Below are positions 1-9,627 of a DNA stretch of 64,000 nucleotides, in pieces. The translations under genes were made by a program, and so were the position numbers. A model generated the notes under the pieces. That model searched no databases. It saw nothing but the letters and a program-made list of their open reading frames with translations, and had not been told where the DNA came from. The number at the start of each line of letters is the position of its first letter. Positions within the stretch are counted from its first letter, which is position 1. Source of the DNA: Candidatus Bathyarchaeia archaeon (GTDB taxonomy: Archaea > Thermoproteota > Bathyarchaeia > Bathyarchaeales > Bathycorpusculaceae). The stretch lies in assembly GCA_049512075.1 (NCBI GenBank), contig JBEKXL010000009.1:27967-91966 (forward strand), read 5' to 3'.

Positions 1-840
1 GCTGGGGAAGTGGTTGAAGTCGGTGAGGGCCTTGAGTGGCCGCGGAGCGGAATGCGCGTGCGTGCGGGTAACAGTGCGCCGTGTTTACACTGTGTGATGT
101 GTCAGAGAGGCAAGTACAATCTCTGCGAGAACATGATTTGGCTGTGGGGAGCGTACGCTGAGTACGTCAAGGTGCCGGCCCGCATGGTGTTGGTGAACAT
201 GCAGGAGGTTCCCCAAAATGTTTCCTACTTAGAAGCTGCTGTAACGGAGCCGTTGGCGTGTGTTTTGCACGGAGTTGAGGATGCAGGGGTGAAGCTCGGC
301 GACACGGTTGCCATAATTGGGGCGGGGCCTATCGGGCTGCTGCATCTACTAACCGTCAAGAGGATGGGTGCTGAAAAGGCGATATTGATTGACCTTGTGG
401 ACGAAAGACTGGAAGCTGCGGCGAAACTCGGCGCGGACGAGACGATTAACGGTGGAAAAGAGGACGTTGTTGAAAGGGTGCGGAGCTTAACTGGCGGGTA
501 CGGTGCGGATGTGGTGATAGAGGCGATAGGGTTGGCTGCCACTTGGGAACAGGCTCTGAAGCTCGCGAGGAAGGGCGGTGTTGTCCTCGAGTTCGGCGGA
601 TGTCCTCCAGGAACTGAAATCAGAGTCAACGCTGAACAGGTTCATTATGGGGAGTTGACGGTTCTGGGTACTTTTCACACGACCCCGTTGCATTTCGGAA
701 GGGCGCTTGATTTCATAGCCTCGCGAACCATAGACGTGAGGCCCCTCATAACGCGCGAAATTGGGTTGGAAGATATTCGTAAGGCGTTCGATGTGCTCTC
801 AACTTCCAAGAACGAAATAAAGATAGGAATAATCCCCTAG
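1..840 (+). CDS. Zn-dependent medium-chain alcohol dehydrogenase (sorbitol/threonine DH-like), 5' end outside the window
   Basis: Structural-Zn motif CLHCVMC-x7-C, EPLACV, Rossmann GAGPIG, GADVVIEAIG. Confidence 0.9.
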   Translation, partial: AGEVVEVGEGLEWPRSGMRVRAGNSAPCLHCVMCQRGKYNLCENMIWLWGAYAEYVKVPARMVLVNMQEVPQNVSYLEAAVTEPLACVLHGVEDAGVKLGDTVAIIGAGPIGLLHLLTVKRMGAEKAILIDLVDERLEAAAKLGADETINGGKEDVVERVRSLTGGYGADVVIEAIGLAATWEQALKLARKGGVVLEFGGCPPGTEIRVNAEQVHYGELTVLGTFHTTPLHFGRALDFIASRTIDVRPLITREIGLEDIRKAFDVLSTSKNEIKIGIIP

Positions 841-958
841 GTTTCACCGTGTCACGTTGTTTCCTGTTCCTGGAGAGTATCAGTACATCCCTTTCGCATG
901 TGCGTTCAAATCCTTCTTCAAGCAATGCCATCCGTCCGTCTTCTCTTGATTGCGCGTG

Positions 959-1119
959 CTAGCGTGTTGCTAAATTCGGGGAATTGACCTGAACTTGTTT
1001 GATAACGTTGGGCTTGGATAGACACACATGATATAGTACATAGATTTGCGATGGGAACCGTGCATGCTTGGAAGTTGAGCAGAAATTGACACAAACAATT
1101 CGATTTAGCAACGCCCTAG
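959..1119. mobile_element. MITE-like element, copy 1
   Basis: Imperfect terminal inverted repeats GCGTGTTGCTAAAT (962-975) / ATTTAGCAACGCCC (1103-1116), CTAG at both ends; same TIR family as 41003-41148. Confidence 0.55.
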
Positions 1120-1230
1120 CGCACTTGGCGTGCACGTAGGCGAAAGACATTCTTTCAGAAAGAATCTGGTTCTGTCGTAGTCACTGTTTGGGTTCCTCTG
1201 GAGCTCAGTCGTGTCAATTCTTTCCCAATG

Positions 1231-1515
1231 TCAATCGGCGCTTTTGCCTTGCGTTCTCTTTCTTAGGATAAGTGCCAGGATGCCGAACAGGATCCACCAC
1301 GCTACTGCATCGTATACGAAGTTCTGCCAGGAGAACCAACCAGTCAGAGGTGGGCTGTTTGGATAGGCATATCCCTGTTCTCCGTGCCAATTGACCGGAA
1401 TGCCGTAGCGGATGTCTATCTTGCCTGCTGTGCCATGATCCCGTCCGTAAAATCCAGAGAGCAGTGTGACAAGCAAGCCTAGCACGAGAACCAAGAAGAC
1501 TAGAGCTCCCCTCAT
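1231..1515 (-). CDS. Small membrane protein
   Basis: N- and C-terminal hydrophobic helices, upstream GGTGA-type SD. Confidence 0.6.
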   Translation of the reverse strand: MRGALVFLVLVLGLLVTLLSGFYGRDHGTAGKIDIRYGIPVNWHGEQGYAYPNSPPLTGWFSWQNFVYDAVAWWILFGILALILRKRTQGKSAD

Positions 1516-1679
1516 TTCAGCTTCACCGGTTTCAATTTAGCAACTGAAGTTCTTATAATGTTCTGTTTTCTTCGAAATTCACAGCGCGCTATGTTTCCGC
1601 TTCTGGCTCCCGAAACGTTGGTGTCCAAGAGCGTGAGGTTGTGCCGCGAGAGAACTCCGTGACCGGCGGATGCTTCAAC

Positions 1680-2030
1680 GTTGGCCCCCCTATCTTCATT
1701 TGCAAGGTCAGTTGCAATGTCGTGATGTAATGTTGTGTTGTCGGCCCCCCCCCCGCCTTTTTTTGTTTACGTTTTTTGTAATGTTGAATTGTAAAAGTGT
1801 ATTATTGCGTTGGCGACCCCCATTTTTTGTTTGTAATGTCAGATGTAATGCTGTATTGTACTGTTTTGTCGTTGACGCGTCGTTTTGTCGGCTACGTCGG
1901 ATGTAATATTGTTTGGTAACAGTTCTTGAAGGAGCGTTGCGGCAGGGTTTGCGGAGGCTGCGGGGAGTGGGGTGGGGGCTTCCAGTGTTTGTTTTTACGT
2001 TTTTTGTGATGTTGTTTTGTGAAAAAACAA
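1680..2030. repeat. G/T-skewed non-coding tract with short TGTAATG(T) repeats and C-runs
   Basis: TGTAATG-like units near 1726, 1777, 1831, 1844, 1902, 2005; near-duplicate TTTACGTTTTTTGT(A/G)ATGTTG near 1766 and 1995. Confidence 0.5.
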
Positions 2031-2390
2031 CATGGAGCAGATGCGGGTTGGCGCAGTATCTGCGGGCTTTGTTCTCTTCTTTCCCGGTTCTGCGTTTGGC
2101 TTTTTCGAGTGACAATTGAATAGCCAGACTCAAGCTATGAATTGTAGATTCATAACTCTTTTCTAGCATGAGGCTTCTGATATGGCATAAGTGAGAAAAT
2201 GAAAGTACATGGGTACAAGCGAAGTAAACCAGGCGGAAAACACAAGATAGTGCATGTAAAGAGCTATGTGAGAAGAAAGTAGTGCTGGCGCTTCCTTCCA
2301 TATCCTGCATGATCCCCTATTCTTGAACTAAAGACAACCCTATACCGCACGCTATGTACTGAGGTAGGCTTCTGGCATGAAAGGTTAGGA

Positions 2391-2645
2391 TTAATCCGTT
2401 GGTGGAGTGTTGTATGCGCGCCTTGAGTATACTTCAATACACCTTCCAATCTCAACTCCGCCAAGAAGACCAAGAAGAATCATGCCCAATCCAAGCCACG
2501 CGTGCGTGCTAAGAAACAGAAAACCATATTCGTCGACACCAAAGATTATTACAAGCGCAATTGCAATGAAAAGCACAATGATCCCAGCAACAAAATCTTT
2601 TGTGCTCGCTGGTTTGTATGCATATTCCCAGGGCATTTCCCTCAC
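2391..2645 (-). CDS. Small membrane protein (2 TM)
   Basis: Two hydrophobic segments, 84 aa ORF. Confidence 0.55.
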   Translation of the reverse strand: MREMPWEYAYKPASTKDFVAGIIVLFIAIALVIIFGVDEYGFLFLSTHAWLGLGMILLGLLGGVEIGRCIEVYSRRAYNTPPTD

Positions 2646-2830
2646 CTGTGGAGCATCTGAAGGCAGAACTGTTTAAGTCAGAATCGAAACTGCCCATCCT
2701 CCTGTGTCAAATGTTCCGATAGAGCGCCCCGGAAAAAATCAATAAAATACACGGAGATCGGCCCGTGAACGACTGTCGCTGACAAGAGCTTTTATAGCGA
2801 TGCATTCATGATAATCTAGCGAAAAGTCTC

Positions 2831-3118
2831 ATGTCTCAAGTTGAAGGCTACATTCTCAGAATTGCTACTAGGGAGTGGGTCAATCAAGTCTTCAGCATGG
2901 CGATTTATTATACGAACCTGCGTAGAACGTGGAGGAGGGGACAAACCGTACTGTTTGTGCACAAGACCAGCGTAGGCGACGCTCTGGTAGGTTATGGGCT
3001 AATAGAGAAGGCTTGGGAGAAAGATGAGCTGTGTGAACAGGACAAGTGTGAATGTGAGAAAGGCGGCTGGACAAGAGCAATTGAATTCACATATGTGAAA
3101 CAGTTTGATAAGCCACTA
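2831..3118 (+). pseudogene. 5' part of an EVE/PUA-like gene interrupted by the integrated element
   Basis: EVE-like pattern (GQTVLFVHK..GDALVGYG..IEFTYVKQFDKPL) ends 4 codons after CCACTA; continues in frame at 36531. Confidence 0.75.
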
Positions 3119-3265
3119 TCTAACGCTTACTGATAAGTGATAAACTACATTTTGAAAGCCAGTTCATGCGCGCGCACACTCACTATCTCCAAAGCTGAAT
3201 GCTATCTAGTCGTGAAAACTAAGCTTCGTTTGTCTTCCGTTTCTTCTGTCCCTGGGGGACATTCC

Positions 3266-3529
3266 TTAATGGGCTTCCTTTCCTTTGACATAATCAACGC
3301 CGAACTTGGAAAGAGACACAACATCTCGACTTTTGCCATGGAAGTCTACATAACCTTTTGAATGAAGGTTTCCAAGAACCGTTGCAAAACTCTTTCTGAT
3401 GCCATACTTCTTCGCGATTGTCTGCCATTTGATGATGGACGCAACCTTCTCAACAGCGTAATAGCTCATCGCGATTATCTTATTGTCAAACATCCGGAAC
3501 AAAATCTCTTCTTCGTAGTCTTTCAGCAT
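3266..3529 (-). CDS. Small winged-helix protein
   Basis: C-terminal wing pattern LHSKGYVD...VVSLSKFG; ATG at 3529 after GGAG. Confidence 0.6.
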   Translation of the reverse strand: MLKDYEEEILFRMFDNKIIAMSYYAVEKVASIIKWQTIAKKYGIRKSFATVLGNLHSKGYVDFHGKSRDVVSLSKFGVDYVKGKEAH

Positions 3530-3676
3530 TTTCTCCTGACTTAGTAGACTTGAGGTACTATATAATAATTTAGTACAACTATGCAACAACGTTTATATAA
3601 CAATACTACCTGTTAGGATATTAATAATAATAAAATAAAATCGATATATCGAAAAACAAGCGGAGGGGGAAAAGTA

Positions 3677-4192
3677 ATGCAATCGAACAGAACGAGCTTT
3701 CCAGAAGCTGTCAAAACAGTACTTGACACGATGGAAAAGAAGAGAACGCTTTCGGTGAATGCCTTATCACACGAAACAGGCCTTAACAGAAGAACAGTAG
3801 AGAAAACTTTGAGGCTTCTTCTAGATGTCCAACCATATTTTCTCCACAGATCCTTGAGACTTGTCGAAATGAACCACTCAAAATTGATAGAGATAAACGA
3901 GAAATCGGGACTGCTTGACCTTCCAGAAAACATACAGAACCTGATAATAAGGACGGTATATTATCCGAACCCTTCAAAAGAAGAAACAATCTTAACCCAC
4001 ATCCTCTTGAAAGAAGCATTTTCACCGGAAAAGGCTATCTCCCTAGAGAAAGATGCGACAGTCCGAAAACTTGTGAAGCAAGGACAAGTTCTGGAAGAGC
4101 GCGCGCTCTTCTATTTGTCTGACGAAGGGAAGATAGTGGCAGAGGGAGCCTTGAAGCTATACCCTGAACTGAAAGAATTAGCCTACGCATAA
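3677..4192 (+). CDS. HTH / winged-helix transcriptional regulator
   Basis: LSVNALSHETGLNRRTVEKTL HTH; second wHTH-like LVKQGQV..FYLSDEG. Confidence 0.7.
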   Translation: MQSNRTSFPEAVKTVLDTMEKKRTLSVNALSHETGLNRRTVEKTLRLLLDVQPYFLHRSLRLVEMNHSKLIEINEKSGLLDLPENIQNLIIRTVYYPNPSKEETILTHILLKEAFSPEKAISLEKDATVRKLVKQGQVLEERALFYLSDEGKIVAEGALKLYPELKELAYA

Positions 4193-4310
4193 CGAGAGGA
4201 CAAACCAACCCCCAGCTATCACTCGCCGAGACCTGCCAAGGAAGAATTTTCTTCCGTAGCCCGCAACAAGCGCATTCACTGCCAAAGCTCGGCGTGCTCA
4301 ACATTCTCAA
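4193..4310 (-). pseudogene. Degenerate Zn-ribbon module paralogous to the N-terminus of 11582-12136
   Basis: PSFGSECACCGLRKKILPWQVSASDSWGLVCP versus PQFGTECVLCKFWRRVLPWQISANGDWGAVCPEC. Confidence 0.55.
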
Positions 4311-4322
4311 GTCGAGTTTCAG

Positions 4323-4598
4323 TCATTCTTGTTCAGTCTCTTGTCCATACATCTGATCATAGGCTGACTCTATTGCAGCCTCTTCCTGGTTTCCTATGTC
4401 CTTGGTTCTGCATTTTTCCTGTCCCAAGCAATCTTTGCAGTATTCAAAGGGCAGGTCTTTGTCATTGGGATTAGCCGACCAACCCGCGTGGCCAAACCAT
4501 TCGCATTCTAGAGGAAGACTTAGCCGGGCTAAGTCGTGCTGTATCTTTGTCTGTGTTGCTTTTCTCTGAGTTTCCTCTTTCTTCATGGTTTTAGGCAA
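4323..4598 (-). CDS. Hypothetical Cys-containing protein
   Basis: Part of a tightly packed minus-strand operon; CKDC motif. Confidence 0.5.
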   Translation of the reverse strand: MPKTMKKEETQRKATQTKIQHDLARLSLPLECEWFGHAGWSANPNDKDLPFEYCKDCLGQEKCRTKDIGNQEEAAIESAYDQMYGQETEQE

Positions 4599-5005
4599 GT
4601 TTGTTCTCCCTCTTCAATCACCCTGAAAATGTTGGGAATAGACTCGAGAAACTTTTCCTTCTCTCCGTAGGAGAGCTTCTCAATGATTTCAATTAGGCCG
4701 TTGATAGTGACCCGGTAAACTTTAGTGACATCCTTGAGCTTCCACTCGAGGGCTTCGTGAAGGAAGGTCTGCCAGGCGTCTTCCTCAGCCTGGTCGAACA
4801 GGAAGAGCGTGTTAGAAGATGGTTCTATGAGGCCGTGTTTGTCTCGGCCAGGGTCAGGCGTCCAACAGACTTTCAAGGGAAGACCCAGCCGGTCCAGACA
4901 CTGCTGCATCTTTGCCTGCACTCGCGATTCCTCAAGACTGCGAGTGGGCCCGTGCGATTCATCACCCGACTTTCCACTTTTTGACCGACTTTCACCTGGA
5001 CCCAT
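4583..5005 (-). CDS. Hypothetical protein with zincin-like HExxE motif
   Basis: TFLHEALE; ATG preceded by GGAGG. Confidence 0.6.
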   Translation of the reverse strand: MGPGESRSKSGKSGDESHGPTRSLEESRVQAKMQQCLDRLGLPLKVCWTPDPGRDKHGLIEPSSNTLFLFDQAEEDAWQTFLHEALEWKLKDVTKVYRVTINGLIEIIEKLSYGEKEKFLESIPNIFRVIEEGEQTCLKP

Positions 5006-5351
5006 TCAGTGCCCTCCAAAGAAGCACGGGTCTGTTCGAGAACTCCCAAGCGCGTGTCGCAGCGGGAGATTTGGGAAGATGTTCCGGGCTTGTCGAAAGC
5101 ATAAACAAGCACCTCCCAGTTTCCGGATTCGAGGCTGAATCGAAGATGTTTGGTGGAGGCATCCCTTTCCCTCCTGCTGAACCGCACGCGCGATTGTTTG
5201 CGGGCGGGGTGGCCTGGGCGGCAAGCCCAACTTCCCGTTTTGCCACTTTGCGTGAACCAATGTCGATAGACAGAAGAAGCCCACTCTCCGCTTCTTTCGC
5301 GCGCGCTGTTTCGCGGCGATACAACATCTCATAAAAACCACGGCAAGGCAT

Positions 5352-5927
5352 TTAGACCACTCCTGAAGACTTTTCACTTGACCGCTTTTGTTGTCCCAAG
5401 ACTGTTTCGCGGAGCATCTCCTCGAGCTCTTCCCTGGAATGAGACAGAAGCGCAGTCATGGTTTTGCTCAGGTATCGTCTTTTGATCTTGGTCTTCCCAC
5501 CTTTCTTTCCCTTTTTGTTTGAGTAGTAGTGAAGATAAGGGTAGGGTCCGTGAAGAGCCCCGCCGTTTTGGCAGTGGCAGCCCCGTCCTCCACAACAAAC
5601 TCTTTCCATAACCACGCTGCCCTTGAATCCTTTGAGTTTTAGGGCTTTTTGAATCGACTTTTTGCCTGGAGTCTTGGGACAACCTGCTTTTGAGGGTTTA
5701 GTGACTGGCTTATCGTCCCCTTTCAGTGATGTGGCCACGTGAGAGGGCCCTACCTCAGCTTTGCTTGTCCCAAGACCTTTTTCATGGAACCCCTCGCAAC
5801 CCGGATCGTCAGGTAGGTTTCTGGGAATCTCAGCCAACAGCCAGTTGCAGAAGCGAGGATTTCCTTCTGTGAGCTTATCACATTTTGAGCAACTGGCCTC
5901 TTTGCGCGCTTCATTCATCCCTGGCAA
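5352..5927 (-). CDS. DUF6788-like Zn-binding protein of mobile elements
   Basis: GSVV..RVCCGGRGCHC..GALHGPYPYL motif; N-terminal CxxC. Confidence 0.65.
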   Translation of the reverse strand: MPGMNEARKEASCSKCDKLTEGNPRFCNWLLAEIPRNLPDDPGCEGFHEKGLGTSKAEVGPSHVATSLKGDDKPVTKPSKAGCPKTPGKKSIQKALKLKGFKGSVVMERVCCGGRGCHCQNGGALHGPYPYLHYYSNKKGKKGGKTKIKRRYLSKTMTALLSHSREELEEMLRETVLGQQKRSSEKSSGVV

Positions 5928-6486
5928 GCCTCCCGTTTTGGCTGAGTGTGTGAATGGTTGAAGGTAGCAACGCGGGAAACGAGGGTTTGCCCGGAGCCGC
6001 TTCTCTTGGCGCAGCGGCGGAAAAAGCTGTAGGAGAAAGACCTTTCCCAGCCGGTGTGTGCGGCACTGCCTGTTTTCCGAGTTTCAAGGACTGTTCGCTG
6101 TGGCAGACAAAACCTTTCTCGCCCGCTCGTTGCCTCACCGTTGCGCGCGCGCTGAAGGCAGCGGAAATCGAGGGCTTGCCTGGACCCTGTTGGGGCAGAG
6201 ACTGCCCATTCCCAGGCTTAGAAAGTGTTTGAGGAATTGTTTTGTGGCAGAGGCCTTTCTCGTCCACATGCCTTTCAACCTGCACCGTTGAGTCTTGCAG
6301 GATTTCGCCACAATTAGCACAAAAGGAACGCCCTGAGTGTGTGATGAAGCCGTATGCAGCGACCTCGCCTAATCTTCGGCCGCATCGTCGGCAAAGCGTC
6401 GCCCGGTTTCGTGAGCCCACATTCACTTTCAGCATTTCAGTCACTCCTGAGCTTTTCGTCTTGCTCGACGCTGCTCGCGCCGACAA
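5911..6486 (-). CDS. Zn-finger hypothetical protein
   Basis: CRRC...CANC followed by a low-complexity Pro/Ala tail. Confidence 0.45.
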   Translation of the reverse strand: MSARAASSKTKSSGVTEMLKVNVGSRNRATLCRRCGRRLGEVAAYGFITHSGRSFCANCGEILQDSTVQVERHVDEKGLCHKTIPQTLSKPGNGQSLPQQGPGKPSISAAFSARATVRQRAGEKGFVCHSEQSLKLGKQAVPHTPAGKGLSPTAFSAAAPREAAPGKPSFPALLPSTIHTLSQNGRLARDE

Positions 6487-9247
6487 AGTTGGGTTTTTTG
6501 CAGTTTTTAGGCATGGCTACTCTGTGCAGTTTTTCGGGTTTTGTTCCCGCTAGCCTGTTAAGAATGTATTCTGCAGCCTCATCCCTTGCCTTTGGATCCT
6601 TGAACGTGGTTTCGACGTATGAGCTGACTTGCTGTTGAATAATCTCTCTCCACCCGTCAAAAGGAAAGGTCTTCAGGGTTTCGTCAAGAGGCTGTCTTAA
6701 GTCCAACGTGTCAAGAGATTTTTGCTTAACGATTAGGGTTTTCCACTGGTCAACAGCTTTTTGGCCTCCGAACATCGTGAACATCAAGTCTTTAATGTAC
6801 TGGTCAAGGGCTCCGTCTATTCGTTGCTGTGTTTCCACATTGAGAACATCATCGGGAGGTCTGACTTTCCGTTTCGTGCCTTGTGCCTCAATCTTCTTAG
6901 TTATCCAGTTGAGAAACTCTTCAGGAGTGAAGGCGTTAAGTTCGATTCTATAGTGAACTTCGATAGGCTTCAACAAGTCGTCGCCTTTCAAGTGGGTTAG
7001 CGCGAAAAGTTCCTCTTGAGACAGATACTCCAAGACGTTCTTAGGTATCCTCTTAGGCTTTTTCAGCACAACCTTCTCTGGCTTGAACCCAAGCTCCATT
7101 CCTTCCAAAATTGAGAGGCCCAAATCAACAACCTGAATCCGGTTGTCCTTCATTCGTTTACTTTCCCTAGACAAGCCTAAGTATATGCTAGTGCCGAAAA
7201 CATCACCATCATGAACGGCGTATATGGGAATCTGTTCATTCCATTCCTTAGCTGTCTGTTCGATACGGTGTAACAGCCTACGCACCGAAAAAGTGCTTTG
7301 CCCTTGTCCGCCTACCGTAAGTGCGTCTAACTTGTCCTGCAGCCGGTCAGCTCGAACTACGCGTTGAAGACCCTTCTTTTCAAATACCCAAACCTGACCG
7401 TACAGCCATTTAGGTATCTCATAACTTGCCTCACCCTCAGTGCTGAGATAAACAATATTGTCGTTCCGAGGTTCACATAGAATAGAGTTCGCTTGCAACA
7501 GCAAACCGTTAAGATCCACGCCTCTCTTTTTGCACTCGTCAAGAATGAGAGGGAAATACTTGTACTCAGGAGCGAAAGCACTCAGACCTTTCTTTTCAAG
7601 AAGATTGCAGACGGTATAAAATAACATTCTCTGTTCGAAATATGGATATTGGCCGTCGCTCGTTTCATGCTTTTTTGCTTCCTCTATAATCTCATAAACA
7701 GCTTCCATCTGTCCTTCCGGAACCTCAATTTCGCCAGTAGAGTTTCTGAGTAGCTCAAACCGTTTTTTTGCTCTTTTGTAGAATTTGGTTGCTCTGTCGA
7801 TTGTGTCTCCTATGTTGAATACATCAGTGTTTATCTCTGTCTTGCCCGGGTCCTTGTATGGAATGTTCGGACAGGTTATGTGAACGAGTACTGTGACGGG
7901 TTGATCACGTCCAATCCCGTTCTTCTCGCAGACACCTTTGACGCCGGGCCAATCTCGGTTGCGCTCTTGGAAGAAAACGAGTCTGCCGAAGGGGTCTTCC
8001 ATTTTAATGCTCCGGTTCAGGCCGACGTGGATACGTCGCCCAGGTATGCCAGTAACTCCGACGGCCACTTCAAGCACGTACGGAATTTGAACTTCGCTTT
8101 CTCCTTGCCTGAGAATTGAAGTATTCTTGTAGCATTTGTAGACAAAGCTCTTGGCTGAGTTTAATAATCCGTCAATTTCTTCAATTCTATACCCGAGGTT
8201 TGTTCTTCCGATTTTGCCTAGAATGTTCGGGCTTGGAGCATTACACACTTCCTTCATGGCCCTATGGAGTCTAATGATGAGTTCTGGCTTGCCTAGAAGT
8301 TGCTCTTCAAGGCAGTTCTCCATGCTAGCTCTTTTCAGAATTTCCTTGACCTGTTCATCACGGCTTGCCCCCCAAAACTGGCGAATAAAGCTGTCTAGTT
8401 TGAAATGTTCTCCGCGTTCTACGTGATCTCTGACTTGCGTTTCATATCTCTCTACGTACTCGTTTTCGCTGAAATGATGAGGGCTCTCCCTCAGTTCTTT
8501 TGTCTTGGTTCTTGACACGTGACTGTCTGCCACTATGGCTCCTTGGAAAGTGATTCTTGCTTGTGGATTGAAACAGGCGAAGGATTCAATGTCATGCCGA
8601 TAACGTTCTGGGTCGCCCCATTTTTCTCCATAGATAGGCAGAAAAACTATGACGGTTGTGCCGATTCTCTTCTTAATTTCCTGCTGAACAGGCGGAGGGA
8701 CCACAACTTCACCGTTGACGTATTCGCCATGAATTTCGTACCTTGTATTCCCACTCAGGATAAAAATGGGAATTTGCTCTGTCTGCTTCGCATGGAACAG
8801 GGCGAAGTTTGCTCCAATAATGGCTTTCCAAGCGTTTCCCAGCGCGCCTCGGCTCGCATATTTATAGTGAAAACGGCTGCTGTAGAAACGTTTGAAGTCT
8901 CGGATATTGTTGATTTTTTCTTCGTCCATGCCTGATCCGTTGTCGTCAACCTGAAGCATCATGGTCGAGTCATTGCTTTTTTTGACATCGACCGAAACTG
9001 TTGGAGTCCGTAGATTATCGGTTTCGTCACAGATGTCTAAGGCGTTGTCTACGAGTTCCTTGAGTATTAATTTGTCCAAGTTCGCTGGGATTGTTGCAGT
9101 CAGACGTTGTAACCCTTCGAGGCTAAAATAGTCAGCTTCTTTAGTTCTAGGCAACATTCGCCGAGGAACGAAGTCAAGACCATGACTAAGTCCAGGTTTG
9201 ATTGTGTCTGCAAGGGCAGCCATGATGATGCCTCTAAGTTCCCTCAC
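6437..9247 (-). CDS. Fused type IIB topoisomerase (Top6B-like GHKL ATPase + Top6A/Spo11-like WHD-TOPRIM), topoisomerase VIII-like
   Basis: GHKL boxes ELVDNALD, DDNGSG, SRGALGNAWK, GTTV; putative catalytic Tyr in QRMLFY; TOPRIM VFEKKG and HDGD; RIELNAF. Confidence 0.85.
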   Translation of the reverse strand: MRELRGIIMAALADTIKPGLSHGLDFVPRRMLPRTKEADYFSLEGLQRLTATIPANLDKLILKELVDNALDICDETDNLRTPTVSVDVKKSNDSTMMLQVDDNGSGMDEEKINNIRDFKRFYSSRFHYKYASRGALGNAWKAIIGANFALFHAKQTEQIPIFILSGNTRYEIHGEYVNGEVVVPPPVQQEIKKRIGTTVIVFLPIYGEKWGDPERYRHDIESFACFNPQARITFQGAIVADSHVSRTKTKELRESPHHFSENEYVERYETQVRDHVERGEHFKLDSFIRQFWGASRDEQVKEILKRASMENCLEEQLLGKPELIIRLHRAMKEVCNAPSPNILGKIGRTNLGYRIEEIDGLLNSAKSFVYKCYKNTSILRQGESEVQIPYVLEVAVGVTGIPGRRIHVGLNRSIKMEDPFGRLVFFQERNRDWPGVKGVCEKNGIGRDQPVTVLVHITCPNIPYKDPGKTEINTDVFNIGDTIDRATKFYKRAKKRFELLRNSTGEIEVPEGQMEAVYEIIEEAKKHETSDGQYPYFEQRMLFYTVCNLLEKKGLSAFAPEYKYFPLILDECKKRGVDLNGLLLQANSILCEPRNDNIVYLSTEGEASYEIPKWLYGQVWVFEKKGLQRVVRADRLQDKLDALTVGGQGQSTFSVRRLLHRIEQTAKEWNEQIPIYAVHDGDVFGTSIYLGLSRESKRMKDNRIQVVDLGLSILEGMELGFKPEKVVLKKPKRIPKNVLEYLSQEELFALTHLKGDDLLKPIEVHYRIELNAFTPEEFLNWITKKIEAQGTKRKVRPPDDVLNVETQQRIDGALDQYIKDLMFTMFGGQKAVDQWKTLIVKQKSLDTLDLRQPLDETLKTFPFDGWREIIQQQVSSYVETTFKDPKARDEAAEYILNRLAGTKPEKLHRVAMPKNCKKPNFVGASSVEQDEKLRSD

Positions 9248-9546
9248 TCAATGGGCCGGGTTTCCTGCGCCCTTGCCTCAGCCTCCCGTGAAAGCTCCGT
9301 CTGCTCGCCGTCGACTTCGTGCGCGCGCGCTTCTGTTTTCTGCTGCATTTCCAAGGCATGCTCGAAGTCGGCCAACAAAATTCTGAGAGATTTTACGATG
9401 TCGGCCAATGATGCTTTTTCTGGGTAGACGACAGCTGAGACTCGGTTACCTACAAGTTTCAAATTGAGCCCAAGGGCGTCGACGACTTCACGTGGAATAT
9501 AGGCCACGTGCTGTTTCTCGTTGATTTTTATTTCAAACTCAACCAT
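9244..9546 (-). CDS. AbrB/MazE-like DNA-binding protein, overlapping the topoisomerase start
   Basis: EIKINEKQHVAYIPREVVDALG swapped-hairpin pattern; 4-bp overlap with 6437-9247. Confidence 0.6.
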   Translation of the reverse strand: MVEFEIKINEKQHVAYIPREVVDALGLNLKLVGNRVSAVVYPEKASLADIVKSLRILLADFEHALEMQQKTEARAHEVDGEQTELSREAEARAQETRPIE

Positions 9547-9627
9547 GTTGACGCCTATGTTTTTCCTATGGAAACCATAAGCTTATATCACGAGTTTACA
9601 TCTTATAAACTCTCGTCAAGGCGTTAG

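Noticed and set aside
850-930. GTTCAAATCC followed by ...GCCA, resembling a tRNA T-loop and 3' end
   Set aside because: No T-stem, acceptor stem or anticodon arm can be formed.
1670-2310. ORFs of 68-200 aa over the skewed tract
   Set aside because: Biased composition that mirrors the repeats; probably not coding.
6437-9247. TOPRIM protein as Wadjet JetD
   Set aside because: It is fused to a GHKL ATPase and no SMC-like jetABC genes are adjacent.
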